IMG/VR virus record: IMGVR_UViG_3300032236_000815
Location: 24,585 to 88,584 of that record
Direction: 5' to 3' (one strand)
Length of the DNA: 64,000 nt
Source of the DNA: a virus
In this document: piece by piece, positions 28,565 to 38,648 of the stretch
How the letters are laid out: each line of letters begins with the position of its first letter
Numbering within the stretch: position 1 is the stretch's first letter
Notes under the pieces: model-generated
Databases searched by the model: none
Told to the model about the DNA's origin: nothing
What the model saw: only the letters and a program-made list of their open reading frames with translations
Made by a program: the position numbers and the translations under genes

Positions 28565-29047
28565 ATGACTAAAAAACTTGAAGAAATCCTCAACTTACCT
28601 GAAAGCAAAAAGATTGTAAAACAGGAAGAAAAGAAACAAGCAAAGGCAGAGCTTGCTCAACCGTTTTTGCGTGACATGTCAGAATATGACAAAATTTCTG
28701 CGGCGCTTCCACAAGTAAAAGGGCTAGGTGATGCAGGCGATGCCGAGCTAGATGCACTAGCTCAAAAAGCACAAGATGCGTATGACGATATCATGGACTT
28801 GGGCATGAACGTTGAAGCTAGATATAGCGGCCGTTTGTTTGAAGTAGCCGCAAGTATGTTAGGACATGCTATCAGTGCTAAGAGTGCCAAGTTAGACAAA
28901 AAGCTGAAAATGATCGATTTACAGCTTAAGAAACAGAAATTAGACCAGGATACAGTAGCCGCAGATGAAGGAATTAATATCCAAGGTGAAGGCTTTATTG
29001 TTACAGATCGTAATAGTTTGCTGGAAAAATTAAAGAATATGAAATAA
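28565..29047 (+). CDS. Hypothetical helical protein, possibly terminase small subunit
   Basis: R.FEVA..ML helical core, position upstream of terminase large subunit; function is inference. Confidence 0.4.
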   Translation: MTKKLEEILNLPESKKIVKQEEKKQAKAELAQPFLRDMSEYDKISAALPQVKGLGDAGDAELDALAQKAQDAYDDIMDLGMNVEARYSGRLFEVAASMLGHAISAKSAKLDKKLKMIDLQLKKQKLDQDTVAADEGINIQGEGFIVTDRNSLLEKLKNMK

Positions 29048-29068
29048 ATATAGTACTAGGACTATAAC

Positions 29069-29692
29069 ATGAAATCATTTAAAGAATATTTAACCGAGAG
29101 CAAAAAAGTTTACGAATTTAAAGTAAAAGTTGCTGGTGACTGCCCAAAAGACTGCACAAGTCTAGTTAAAGCGGCTCTATCAGAATTTAACGTAAGTTCA
29201 GTAAGTGCTCCTCGTCGTACGCCAATCCAGGAACATCACAGCGAGTTCCCTGAGCATAAAAACATCCATATGACTATTATCGATGTTACCACAGATTATC
29301 CAGCAACTAGTTTACAAATTCGTGAAAGAGTTGCAAGCGGCCTTGGCTTGGCACAGTCTTCTGTTAAAGTTAAATCTATGTTTGAAGAACGCGAACATGC
29401 AATTAATCATGCAAATGATGAAACAACCGGCGAAGCCATTCTTGGTGTTGATTACGAAGCAAGCGATAATCAAGATTTAGTTGGTGAAAAGCGTAAGTTA
29501 AATTTCCTACAAGAATTAAACAAAGAAAAACATCAAGGTACCGAGTATACAGGAGTTAATGACCAACTTCTTGCAAAAGGTCAACCTAAACATGTTAAAG
29601 AAACCCCGGCTAAACAAGTAGAGTCAAAAACAAAATTCGTTAATTTGTTTACTAAGACTAAACACGTAGATCCAGTTAAAGGAGTCAAATAA
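29069..29692 (+). CDS. Putative internal head/prohead core protein
   Basis: N-terminus MKSFKEYLTES resembles the T4 capsid-targeting sequence. Confidence 0.5.
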   Translation: MKSFKEYLTESKKVYEFKVKVAGDCPKDCTSLVKAALSEFNVSSVSAPRRTPIQEHHSEFPEHKNIHMTIIDVTTDYPATSLQIRERVASGLGLAQSSVKVKSMFEEREHAINHANDETTGEAILGVDYEASDNQDLVGEKRKLNFLQELNKEKHQGTEYTGVNDQLLAKGQPKHVKETPAKQVESKTKFVNLFTKTKHVDPVKGVK

Positions 29693-30498
29693 TGAATTTT
29701 CAAGAATTGGCAGCAAAATTAAAAGCAATAGAAGAAAACGCAACTGCTGGCGCTACCGGTAGCGGAAACGTTGCATCAGCCGCAATTGGTGCTAGTACAC
29801 CAGAGATAGATGACGGTATGGAAGAAGCAATTACTAGTGCTCCTCCAGTTGCACCGACAAAAGATGATGGTCCTGATACAGCAGAATGCGGAATGATGCC
29901 TATGCCTCCAATGATGCCTCATCCAGAAAAACAACAAGACAATGTTACAATGAATGTAAGTATGAATGGATCAGGCGAAGGCGGAATTCGTAGCTTGATG
30001 GATATTTTACGTAACATTGAAAAAGGTGCAGACACTGCACACCCACATGATGTTAGTGCATTGTTTGGCGAACCAAGTAGCGACCACGAACACGAAGAGC
30101 CAATCATGGGCGGCAAAGTGGATATTATGTCTTTAGAACAAGACATGGAAGAAAATATTGAAGACGGAAAGACTTGGGGCAATAGTACCCACGGTGATTC
30201 AGGCGCACACACAATGGGCATTAAATCAGTTACTCCAAAAGGTAATGATTTGTCCAGCACCGGCGGAACTGAATTTCCAAAAGTAAACGGCGGCGGCAAC
30301 CCGATGAGCGAATCATTAGTTGGACGTTTACAAGCAATGTACCAACAAATCAAAGAAGCAGACGACAATAAAACTATGAGTCGTGCGGCTAAAGGTGTAA
30401 TGAAATACGGTAAAGACGGTATGCAAGCACTTGCCAAAGCTGGTAAAGAAGGCAAGAACTTAGACAAAGTTAGAGACAAATACAACAAATACGATTAA
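29692..30498 (+). CDS. Putative internal head protein (acidic, low complexity)
   Basis: MNFQELAAKLKAIEE N-terminus; largely disordered composition. Confidence 0.45.
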   Translation: MNFQELAAKLKAIEENATAGATGSGNVASAAIGASTPEIDDGMEEAITSAPPVAPTKDDGPDTAECGMMPMPPMMPHPEKQQDNVTMNVSMNGSGEGGIRSLMDILRNIEKGADTAHPHDVSALFGEPSSDHEHEEPIMGGKVDIMSLEQDMEENIEDGKTWGNSTHGDSGAHTMGIKSVTPKGNDLSSTGGTEFPKVNGGGNPMSESLVGRLQAMYQQIKEADDNKTMSRAAKGVMKYGKDGMQALAKAGKEGKNLDKVRDKYNKYD

Positions 30499-30535
30499 TA
30501 AATTCGTCGCAGTTAGCACTCTGTCCGATAGTGCC

Positions 30536-30563
30536 AAATAGACTCTTCGGAGTCTATTTTTTT
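30536..30563 (+). terminator. Intrinsic terminator with cUUCGg tetraloop
   Basis: AAATAGACTC-TTCG-GAGTCTATTT then T-run. Confidence 0.9.
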
Positions 30564-30577
30564 CGGTAAATAAATTT

Positions 30578-32179
30578 ATGGCAAAATCATTAGATGGCGT
30601 TCTAACCAAAAAGGCGCATACAAGAGAAAAGTTTTCAGAACAAGAGATTCTGGACATGGCCACCTGCATGGATCCAGAGTCTGGGTATTTGCATTTTGCT
30701 AAGAACTTTTTTCACATTCAGCATCCTGTTAAAGGTAAAGTAAAATTTGAACCTTTTGAATATCAGGAAAGATTACTAAGCGCATATCACGGATATCGTT
30801 TTAATATCAATATGCTACCACGCCAAAGTGGTAAAACTACTTGTGCATCGGCTTACTTGTTATGGTATGCTATGTTTCATCCAGATCAAACGATTCTAAT
30901 TGCCGCACACAAATACACAGGCGCACAGGAAATTATGCAACGTATCCGCTATGGATACGAACTATGCCCGGATCACATACGTGCGGGTGTGGTAAACTAC
31001 AACAAAGGGAGTATCGAATTTGATAACGGCTCAAGAATTGTATCAGCTACTACTACCGGCAATACTGGTCGTGGTATGTCAATATCCTTATTATACTGTG
31101 ACGAGTTTGCATTCTTGCAACCTAATATTGCAGAAGAGTTCTGGACATCTATCAGCCCAACACTAGCAACTGGTGGTAGAGCAATTATTACTTCAACACC
31201 TAATAGTGACGAAGACACATTTGCTATCATCTGGAAAGAAAGTCAAGACCAATTTGACTTACACGGTAATACTCGTGAAGACGGTCTAGGTCGTAACGGC
31301 TTCCACGGATTTAAAGCAGAGTGGTGGGAACATCCAGATCGCGGAGAAGAATGGAAAGCAACTGAAATGGGACGCATCGGCGAAGAACGTTTCCGTCGTG
31401 AGTATGGTTGCGAGTTCTTGGTATTTGACGAAACACTAGTTAACTCGCTTAAACTTGCAGAACTTGTTGGTAGAGAACCTATACTAAAAATGGGGCAAGT
31501 TCGTTGGTATAAGAAACCAACAAAAGGTCATGTTTACCTTGTAGCATTAGATCCTAGTTTAGGAACTGGCGGAGACTATGGTGCTATTGAAGTGTTTGAA
31601 ATGCCCAGTATGACACAAGTTGCTGAATGGCAACACAACATTACACCTATTCAGCAACAAGTTAAAATCTTACGAGACGTGCTGAAATATATCGCAGATG
31701 AGCTAGAAGGCGAATCCTACGATCAAATCTACTGGAGTGTAGAAAATAACACCGTGGGTGAAAGTGCGTTAGTTGTTATAGATAACTTAGGGGAAGAAAC
31801 ATTCCCAGGACTGTTCTTAAGCGAACCTATACGCAAAGGACATGTTAAAAAATTCCGCAAGGGATTTAATACTACATTTGGTACTAAAATTAGCACTTGT
31901 GCTAAGGTTAAGTATCTGATTGAAGAAGACAAAATGGTGCTTAATAGCCGCCCCTTAATTAGCGAACTTAAAACTTACATTGCCAAAGGCACTAGTTTTG
32001 CGGCTAAAGAAGGGCAACACGATGACTTAGTATCCTCATTATTGCTAATAGTCCGTATGGGATTATTGCTAGCAGAATGGGATCCTACTGTGCTAGACCG
32101 CTTGAGCGTAACTAGCGACTGGGTAACTGAAGAAGACTTCGAACCGCCCTTACCGATATTCATATCAACCGGTATGTGA
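30578..32179 (+). CDS. gp17: Terminase large subunit
   Basis: PRQSGKTT Walker A, LLYCDEFAF, ITSTPN, FRREYGCEF, LDPSLG, HDDLV. Confidence 0.96.
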   Translation: MAKSLDGVLTKKAHTREKFSEQEILDMATCMDPESGYLHFAKNFFHIQHPVKGKVKFEPFEYQERLLSAYHGYRFNINMLPRQSGKTTCASAYLLWYAMFHPDQTILIAAHKYTGAQEIMQRIRYGYELCPDHIRAGVVNYNKGSIEFDNGSRIVSATTTGNTGRGMSISLLYCDEFAFLQPNIAEEFWTSISPTLATGGRAIITSTPNSDEDTFAIIWKESQDQFDLHGNTREDGLGRNGFHGFKAEWWEHPDRGEEWKATEMGRIGEERFRREYGCEFLVFDETLVNSLKLAELVGREPILKMGQVRWYKKPTKGHVYLVALDPSLGTGGDYGAIEVFEMPSMTQVAEWQHNITPIQQQVKILRDVLKYIADELEGESYDQIYWSVENNTVGESALVVIDNLGEETFPGLFLSEPIRKGHVKKFRKGFNTTFGTKISTCAKVKYLIEEDKMVLNSRPLISELKTYIAKGTSFAAKEGQHDDLVSSLLLIVRMGLLLAEWDPTVLDRLSVTSDWVTEEDFEPPLPIFISTGM

Positions 32180-32189
32180 TAAATATAAC

Positions 32190-34703
32190 ATGAACACGAA
32201 TTTAGATAAAATAGCATTGGACTTGTATGGAAAGATTGAAACACGCTTTCCTAACATTAAAATTGGTGACGAAAACGCCAAAGTTCTAAGCAAAAAAAGC
32301 GATATTCCAAACGCTCGCTTCTTTGAGTTTGAATACAAAGAAAACGGCAAAGGCTTTGGAACTGTTGCTATTACATTAGATGAAGACGACGGAATAGTTG
32401 TACAAATCAGCGGAGACCTAGCAGATAGCCAACACCATGGTGCTTTTAGATTCATCCGTAGTTTTAGACAATTTGCTAAAGATCGTTTGTTAAATTTTGA
32501 TGTGCAAAATATCGGCAAAGATAATTTAGATAAACGTGATTACGAATTTAGAGCAAAACCCAAGGAAGAACCGATGGAACCTATAATGGAAAACAAAATG
32601 TTTGGTACAGCTAAAATGAGCTACCAAGATTTAGGCGAAGCAAGGTTGGTTGTTAAACATAGCCAGCCAGTTAATACAGATATTGCCGCTGGACGTACAA
32701 TGCATATTGAAAGCATTTACATCGAAAACGCAGAAGGTGAGCGTTTTAAATATCCATACAAACATTTAAATGGTGCTCGTGCTTTAGCAGAACACATTAA
32801 AGCAGGCGGCAATCCATATGATCCGATCGGACAACACATTGCTAGTTTAAGCGAAGAATTAGCTCAACTACGCAAGTTTAAAAATTATGTAGGACGCAAC
32901 GATACATTATCAGAGGCCATGGATGATATTAATCAGCAGGTTGCTGAACGAATCGAAGCCGTGAAAAAAGAAGTTCATAATCTACAACGTCCTACATACT
33001 ATGCTCAGTTTGCAGAATCGTTTACTGCAAATGAAAATCAAGAAATCCCAGAAGAAATTCTTAATGACTGGATTGATCGTTTAACAGTTCGTTCTTTCAA
33101 TGAAGAATTAAAAACAGCATTTCCTTATATCTATCGACTAGTAGGAGAACAAGCCGCTCCGATTAAAGAGCTAGCACCTGACGATATCTTAAGTGAATTA
33201 CGCTCAGAAGAAAAAGATGAAAAGGGCAACGTAGTTCGTTGGAAAGAAGAAGGCGAGTGGAAAAAAGCTGAAAAGAAAGATGGCCGCGGCAAAGTTACTA
33301 ATTTAAGTGATAAAGCTCGTCGTGAAACAGAAAAAATGACTAAAGAAGAAATCGAATTAGAGAATTTTTTCAATAGTATAGTTGAAGACGAAGAAAGTCA
33401 AGATGGTGAAAATACATTGTTTAGTCCTAATAAGGCTACACAACAAGCCGCAATTGACAAGTTTAATGAAATCATGAAGACTGAATTAAAAGGCGGTCCT
33501 AATGGTATTAATATCATTGACAGTTTGAAAGGCCTTATTGACGATCCAGAGTTCTTGGAAAAGATGAAAAATATCGATCCAGATTTAGATGCACGTGGTG
33601 CAATTCAACAAGAACTAAATGGCATGGCTAAAGATGATTCAGAACTTGCTAGAATTATTCCACAGTTAGATTTTAAAGGCGATGGCGGCGAAGCACCGAC
33701 AGGCGGAGAGCAAGCTCCTCCACCAGAGGCTCCATTAGCACCAAGTCCAGCACCAGAAGCAGGCGCAGTTCCTCCAGGTGCTCCGGCGGCTCCTCCAGCA
33801 CCGGGCGCAGAAGCGGGCGCAGTTCCTCCAGAAGGTGCTCCTCCAGCACCAGCACCAGTTGCTGAAAGTATGAACACATCAAGACTAAAAGCTAAGTTCA
33901 TTAAAGCTCGTGAATGCGGTGCTGAGTTAGATCACAAAATGGATTTTGGTCACAAAACAATGACATTGCACGATGCTATTCGTGAATGCGGACTAACTCC
34001 AATGGAATGCGGTTTTGCATCCGAAGAAGATCTTGGACAAGATGCAAGCGGTATTGACCAAATGCTTAAGAGTGTTTCAGGTTTTTGGAATCGTGAAGAA
34101 AAGAATTTTACAATCGGCGGAACTCGTGCCAAAACTAGAATTGCTAAAGGATTCAAAGACGGTGAATTCCCTAATGCTACCGAGCAAGAACTACAGCATG
34201 TATTCCATATGATTGATAAAATGGATCCTAGCGAAGAGCATGGACACCATGACGAACTAAGTCGAATTAAACAACTAGCACACGGACACGATAGCGAAGT
34301 AGATGAAGGTAGTGACGATCAAGAATTTGCTAGTATGATGCAACAGTTTATAGACAAACATCAAGGAGCAGATGTTGATGGTATGTTAGATCAATATCTA
34401 AAAAGCCATCCAGATGCTAAAGTAACACGCAACCATACCAGTAGTGGAACAATTAATGGTAAGTCTGCAAGTTACGATGATGCTATGAAACAAATGCCTA
34501 AAATTAGTTTTGGAGGACAAGACTTTGATATGAATAATCCAGATCAAATGGGTAAAAACATTCAAGGCATGATGGGAAATATGATGGGCAAGGCACAAGG
34601 TCAAATGCCTAATCAGAACGTACAATTTCCAGGTGGGCAGATGAATCCATCTGACATGATGAAGGGCATCATGAGCAAAATTAATTTTGGAGATCAAAAA
34701 TGA
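32190..34703 (+). CDS. Large hypothetical virion/prohead-associated protein
   Basis: 837 aa, acidic, Pro/Ala linker, DELSRIKQLA motif; TAAATA promoter. Confidence 0.5.
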   Translation: MNTNLDKIALDLYGKIETRFPNIKIGDENAKVLSKKSDIPNARFFEFEYKENGKGFGTVAITLDEDDGIVVQISGDLADSQHHGAFRFIRSFRQFAKDRLLNFDVQNIGKDNLDKRDYEFRAKPKEEPMEPIMENKMFGTAKMSYQDLGEARLVVKHSQPVNTDIAAGRTMHIESIYIENAEGERFKYPYKHLNGARALAEHIKAGGNPYDPIGQHIASLSEELAQLRKFKNYVGRNDTLSEAMDDINQQVAERIEAVKKEVHNLQRPTYYAQFAESFTANENQEIPEEILNDWIDRLTVRSFNEELKTAFPYIYRLVGEQAAPIKELAPDDILSELRSEEKDEKGNVVRWKEEGEWKKAEKKDGRGKVTNLSDKARRETEKMTKEEIELENFFNSIVEDEESQDGENTLFSPNKATQQAAIDKFNEIMKTELKGGPNGINIIDSLKGLIDDPEFLEKMKNIDPDLDARGAIQQELNGMAKDDSELARIIPQLDFKGDGGEAPTGGEQAPPPEAPLAPSPAPEAGAVPPGAPAAPPAPGAEAGAVPPEGAPPAPAPVAESMNTSRLKAKFIKARECGAELDHKMDFGHKTMTLHDAIRECGLTPMECGFASEEDLGQDASGIDQMLKSVSGFWNREEKNFTIGGTRAKTRIAKGFKDGEFPNATEQELQHVFHMIDKMDPSEEHGHHDELSRIKQLAHGHDSEVDEGSDDQEFASMMQQFIDKHQGADVDGMLDQYLKSHPDAKVTRNHTSSGTINGKSASYDDAMKQMPKISFGGQDFDMNNPDQMGKNIQGMMGNMMGKAQGQMPNQNVQFPGGQMNPSDMMKGIMSKINFGDQK

Positions 34704-35686
34704 AAAGAATAGATGAATCACAACTATCAGCACGAGTAGCACAACTACGTGAAAAGATGGTTGCTTTAGAAGGTGACACTGCTTCACAAGTTGGCAATGT
34801 TATTGGACAAGCCGCAAGAACAGGAGCAAACGTTGTAACTGCACCTGTACGCGGAGCATGGGACATGGCTAAATCAATAGCTGGCGGTGCAGCCGATGCA
34901 GCCAAAGGAGCATGGAACGGTTTTACTGGCGGTGGACTAGATCCGTTGCATCCAATTGATTCTGCAACTAATGCCGCAAATAATTTTTCTCAAGCTGGGA
35001 AACCTGCGGCGGGCGGTGCGGCAGCTCCAGCTGGCGCAACAGCACCTGGTACTAAACCTGCGGCACCGGCAGCTCCTGCGGCTAAGCCAGCCGCTGGCAA
35101 ATCAGATCCTGCTGTTCTAAAACTTCAACAAGATTTAATTGCTAAAGGTGCAAAAATTAAAGCTGACGGTATTATGGGACCAGCTACACAAGCGGCACAA
35201 AAACAATTTGGTGGAGCACCTGCGGCGGCAACTCCAGCGGCAACTCCAGCGGCAACTCCAGCGGCAACTCCAGCGGCACCAGCGGCAACTCCAGCGGCAA
35301 CTCCAGCGGCACCAGCAGGCATGCAAGCAGTCGGCGATGACGAAGGCAACACAACTATTACTCGTCCAGACGGAAGCACAATGGTTGTCGGACCAGATGG
35401 TAAACAAATTATGCCTGGTTCAAATCCTAACTTGCCACAGAATAAAGGTGTTATGAACACTATCAGTAACAAGCTACAAGGTAAAGGCGAATTCCAAAAA
35501 CCAACAGGATTTATTCCACCAACTCCTGCGCCTGCGGCAGCACCTGCGGCAGCACCTGCGGCAGCACCTGCGGTACAAGCCCCAACAGCAGATAACAAAC
35601 CTCAACCACAAGGCGCAACCGTTTGGACAGAATCTACTGGATTCGATGAAGTTCAACGTTTGGTAAGTTTAGTTCACTATCGTTAA
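34700..35686 (+). CDS. Ala/Pro-rich protein with peptidoglycan-binding domain (PG_binding_1-like)
   Basis: VLKLQQDL...G..IKADGIMGPATQAA. Confidence 0.72.
   Translation: MKRIDESQLSARVAQLREKMVALEGDTASQVGNVIGQAARTGANVVTAPVRGAWDMAKSIAGGAADAAKGAWNGFTGGGLDPLHPIDSATNAANNFSQAGKPAAGGAAAPAGATAPGTKPAAPAAPAAKPAAGKSDPAVLKLQQDLIAKGAKIKADGIMGPATQAAQKQFGGAPAAATPAATPAATPAATPAAPAATPAATPAAPAGMQAVGDDEGNTTITRPDGSTMVVGPDGKQIMPGSNPNLPQNKGVMNTISNKLQGKGEFQKPTGFIPPTPAPAAAPAAAPAAAPAVQAPTADNKPQPQGATVWTESTGFDEVQRLVSLVHYR
35225..35317 (+). repeat. 12-nt coding tandem repeat (ACTCCAGCGGCA)n encoding TPAA
   Basis: Direct reading; about six copies with 9-nt variants; related CCTGCGGCAGCA x3 near 35531-35573. Confidence 0.9.
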
Positions 35687-35724
35687 AACGAATAAAAAAT
35701 ACCACATTTAGGGCAAGATTTTAC

Positions 35725-35753
35725 TTGCTCTTATAAATAAAAGCGTATACAAT
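35725..35753 (+). promoter_or_regulatory. Sigma70-type promoter TTGCTC-N17-TACAAT with a late TATAAATA box nested in the spacer
   Basis: Direct reading upstream of gp32. Confidence 0.7.
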
Positions 35754-35841
35754 AACATGTATGCGCTTTTGTTTTATGTAGATCATATAACAATACTAGG
35801 CAAATAAAAAGCACATAAAGGCTAACAATAGGAGATATATT

Positions 35842-36834
35842 ATGGCAACTTTAGCTGAAATTAGAGCAAAACTAAAAGCATCTGAGCAAAAAGGTTCAGA
35901 CAACAATCGTTCAGGCGGTGACAAATCAATTTACCCGTTCTGGAATCTTAAAGAAGGTGGCGAATCTACACTTAGATTTTTACCAGATGGTAACACCGAC
36001 AACACTTTTTTCTGGGTAGAACGTGCAATGATCAAATTGCCATTCGCTGGAATCAAAGGTGAATCAGAAAGCAAACCCGTTACAGTACAAGTACCATGCG
36101 TAGAAATGTATGGCGATTCTTGCCCAATCTTGGCAGAAGTACGTGGCTGGTTCAAAGACCCTTCATTAGAAGACATGGGTCGTAAATACTGGAAGAAGCG
36201 TTCTTATATTTTCCAAGGTTTCGTTGTTGAAGACGGACTAGGCGAAAAATCAGAAGACCAACCAGAAAATCCAATCCGCCGTTTCATTATCGGTCCACAA
36301 ATTTTCCAATCAATTCGTTCAGCACTTGTTGATCCAGAGTTGGAAGACTTGCCAACTGACTACGTACATGGGTTGGACTATCGCATGAAGAAGACTTCAA
36401 AAGGTGGCTATGCTGACTACTCAACATCTAGTTGGGCACGTCGTGAGCGTCCACTAAGCGATGCTGAACAAGCGGCTATTGAAACAAACGGCTTGTATAA
36501 CTTGTCAGACTTTTTGCCTAAGAAACCAGGCGAAGTAGAATTGAAAGTTATGAAAGAAATGTTTGAAGCTTCAGTAGACGGCGAGCCATATGATATGGAA
36601 CGTTGGGGTCAATACTTCAAGCCAGCAGGCATGAGCCAACAAACTGGCGATCCTGTAAAGCAAACTCCTAAAGCCTCTGCTCCAGTAGCAGAAGACAGCT
36701 ACGAAGACGAAGCACCTGCTCCAGTAGCAAAGGCAGCACCTGCACCATCAGCACCAAAAGCTGATGCAACAGCAGGCGGCGATTCACGTGCTCAAGACAT
36801 CTTGGCAATGATTCGCAATCGTCAAAAGCAATAA
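35842..36834 (+). CDS. gp32: Single-stranded DNA-binding protein
   Basis: LRFLPD, C...G..CPI, YW.KR.Y, YADY..S, acidic linker. Confidence 0.88.
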   Translation: MATLAEIRAKLKASEQKGSDNNRSGGDKSIYPFWNLKEGGESTLRFLPDGNTDNTFFWVERAMIKLPFAGIKGESESKPVTVQVPCVEMYGDSCPILAEVRGWFKDPSLEDMGRKYWKKRSYIFQGFVVEDGLGEKSEDQPENPIRRFIIGPQIFQSIRSALVDPELEDLPTDYVHGLDYRMKKTSKGGYADYSTSSWARRERPLSDAEQAAIETNGLYNLSDFLPKKPGEVELKVMKEMFEASVDGEPYDMERWGQYFKPAGMSQQTGDPVKQTPKASAPVAEDSYEDEAPAPVAKAAPAPSAPKADATAGGDSRAQDILAMIRNRQKQ

Positions 36835-36902
36835 AAAGTACAGCTCCCGGTCTTGTTCCTATAAGGTCCTCCGGGGGCGTTTTCATTTAGGAGAATTAAT
36901 TT

Positions 36903-37958
36903 ATGGCCACAAAAGCCTTCGATTTATCGAAATTTAGAAAGACCTTGACTAAGTCTATTGACGGTCTAGGCATCGGGTTTAATGACCCGACAGATTGGGT
37001 TAGTACAGGCAACTTTGCTTTGAACTACTTAATCAGTGGTGACTTTAACAAAGGCATTCCTTTGGGCAAGGTTACTGTATTTGCCGGCGAGTCAGGTGCT
37101 GGTAAGTCATACATTTGTTCAGGCAACATTGTTAAGAACGCACAAGAGCAAGGCATTTATGTTATCCTAGTTGATAGCGAAAACGCCTTGGATGAAAAAT
37201 GGTTACACGCACTAGGTGTAGACACAAGCGAAGACAAGCTATTGAAACTTAACATGGCTATGATCGATGACGTTGCTAAAACTATTCATGAATTTATGTC
37301 AGAGTACAAGGCAATGGAAAACCGTCCTAAGGTCTTGTTTGTTATCGACTCATTGGGCATGTTGTTGACTCCAACAGACATTAACCAGTTTGAAGCAGGT
37401 GATTTGAAAGGTGATATGGGTCGTAAACCTAAAGCACTTACAGCACTTGTTCGTAACTGTGTAAACATGTTTGGTAACTATAATGTAGGTATGGTATGTA
37501 CTAATCACACATACGCAAGTCAAGACATGTTCGATCCAGATGACAAAATTTCAGGCGGACAAGGATTTGTTTACGCAAGTTCTATCGTAGTTGCTATGAA
37601 GAAGTTGAAGTTGAAAGAAGACGAAGACGGTAACAAAGTTTCAGAAGTCAACGGTATTCGTGCCGCTTGTAAGATTATGAAAACTCGTTACGCAAAGCCT
37701 TTTGAAACATTACAAGTTAAAATTCCATACGAAACAGGTATGAATCCTTACAGCGGTTTGGTTGACTTGTGCGAGAAAGCCGGCTTGTTAAAACAAGAAG
37801 GTAACAGACTCAAGTGGGTTGATCCGGAAACAGGTGAAGAGTTCAAATTCTACCGAAAAGAATGGAAAGATGATAAATTAGATATGTTAATGAATAAATT
37901 TCATATAGCATATAATACAACTACCATTCCCGAGGAGAACGAAGAAAATGTTGAATGA
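36903..37958 (+). CDS. uvsX: RecA-like recombinase
   Basis: GESGAGKS, DSENA, IDSLG, TNHTY, SGG.G..YASS. Confidence 0.93.
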   Translation: MATKAFDLSKFRKTLTKSIDGLGIGFNDPTDWVSTGNFALNYLISGDFNKGIPLGKVTVFAGESGAGKSYICSGNIVKNAQEQGIYVILVDSENALDEKWLHALGVDTSEDKLLKLNMAMIDDVAKTIHEFMSEYKAMENRPKVLFVIDSLGMLLTPTDINQFEAGDLKGDMGRKPKALTALVRNCVNMFGNYNVGMVCTNHTYASQDMFDPDDKISGGQGFVYASSIVVAMKKLKLKEDEDGNKVSEVNGIRAACKIMKTRYAKPFETLQVKIPYETGMNPYSGLVDLCEKAGLLKQEGNRLKWVDPETGEEFKFYRKEWKDDKLDMLMNKFHIAYNTTTIPEENEENVE

Positions 37959-38193
37959 AACACAAATTGGTGACATCTGGTTGCTATTCGCAGATTATAT
38001 TGATAAGAAAGTTATCGACAGCGTAGCAGAGCGTTATGTAGATTTACTAGCCGATTTCGGAACTAGTGACCGTGTAATGCAAAATGCAACAGGTGTTGAC
38101 AGTGTTTTAGATGCCGCAATCGACTACTACTTAGATGAAGAAGATGACGGCGAAGAAGACGACAACTACAACGAAGAAGACGAGGATTATTAA
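37948..38193 (+). CDS. Small acidic hypothetical protein
   Basis: 81 aa, Asp/Glu tail, between uvsX and uvsY. Confidence 0.6.
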   Translation: MLNETQIGDIWLLFADYIDKKVIDSVAERYVDLLADFGTSDRVMQNATGVDSVLDAAIDYYLDEEDDGEEDDNYNEEDEDY

Positions 38194-38648
38194 TGGGTTG
38201 GTATACCGATATTGCTAAAGACATCAGTAACATCCCTGATGCTGTGCTATACTTTGAAGCAGAACTAGTGGAAGCTCGTAAAGAGGTTAAACTCACTGGT
38301 AATGTTGAACGAGCAAGTGCGGCCATGCCAGGAATTGTTGAGCATCGCTTCGGCCAGTTACAAGAAATCGAAGCAATATTGGAATACCTTAACATTGAAC
38401 TTCGTAGACTTAAGAGCAGTTTTTTCCGTAAGTATTTGGAAAGCTATCAACGTGCTCTTAGTAGTCGAGATTGCGAAAGATTTGTTGAAGGTGAGGCAGA
38501 CGTTGTTGATATGGAAAAAATTATCAACGAATTTGCCTTGCTACGCAACAAATGGCTAGGAATTACAAAAGCACTAGACCAAAAACAATGGCAAATTACA
38601 AATATTGTAAAATTACGTGTTGCTGGTATGGAAGATGCAAGTATCTAA
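38193..38648 (+). CDS. uvsY: Recombination mediator
   Basis: Helical protein with K.LD.K.WQI.NIVKLR.AG C-terminus, next to uvsX. Confidence 0.75.
   Translation: MGWYTDIAKDISNIPDAVLYFEAELVEARKEVKLTGNVERASAAMPGIVEHRFGQLQEIEAILEYLNIELRRLKSSFFRKYLESYQRALSSRDCERFVEGEADVVDMEKIINEFALLRNKWLGITKALDQKQWQITNIVKLRVAGMEDASI

Noticed and set aside
35225-35573. Tandem repeats as a CRISPR array
   Set aside because: Contiguous in-frame 12-nt units with no spacers; they encode Ala/Pro linkers
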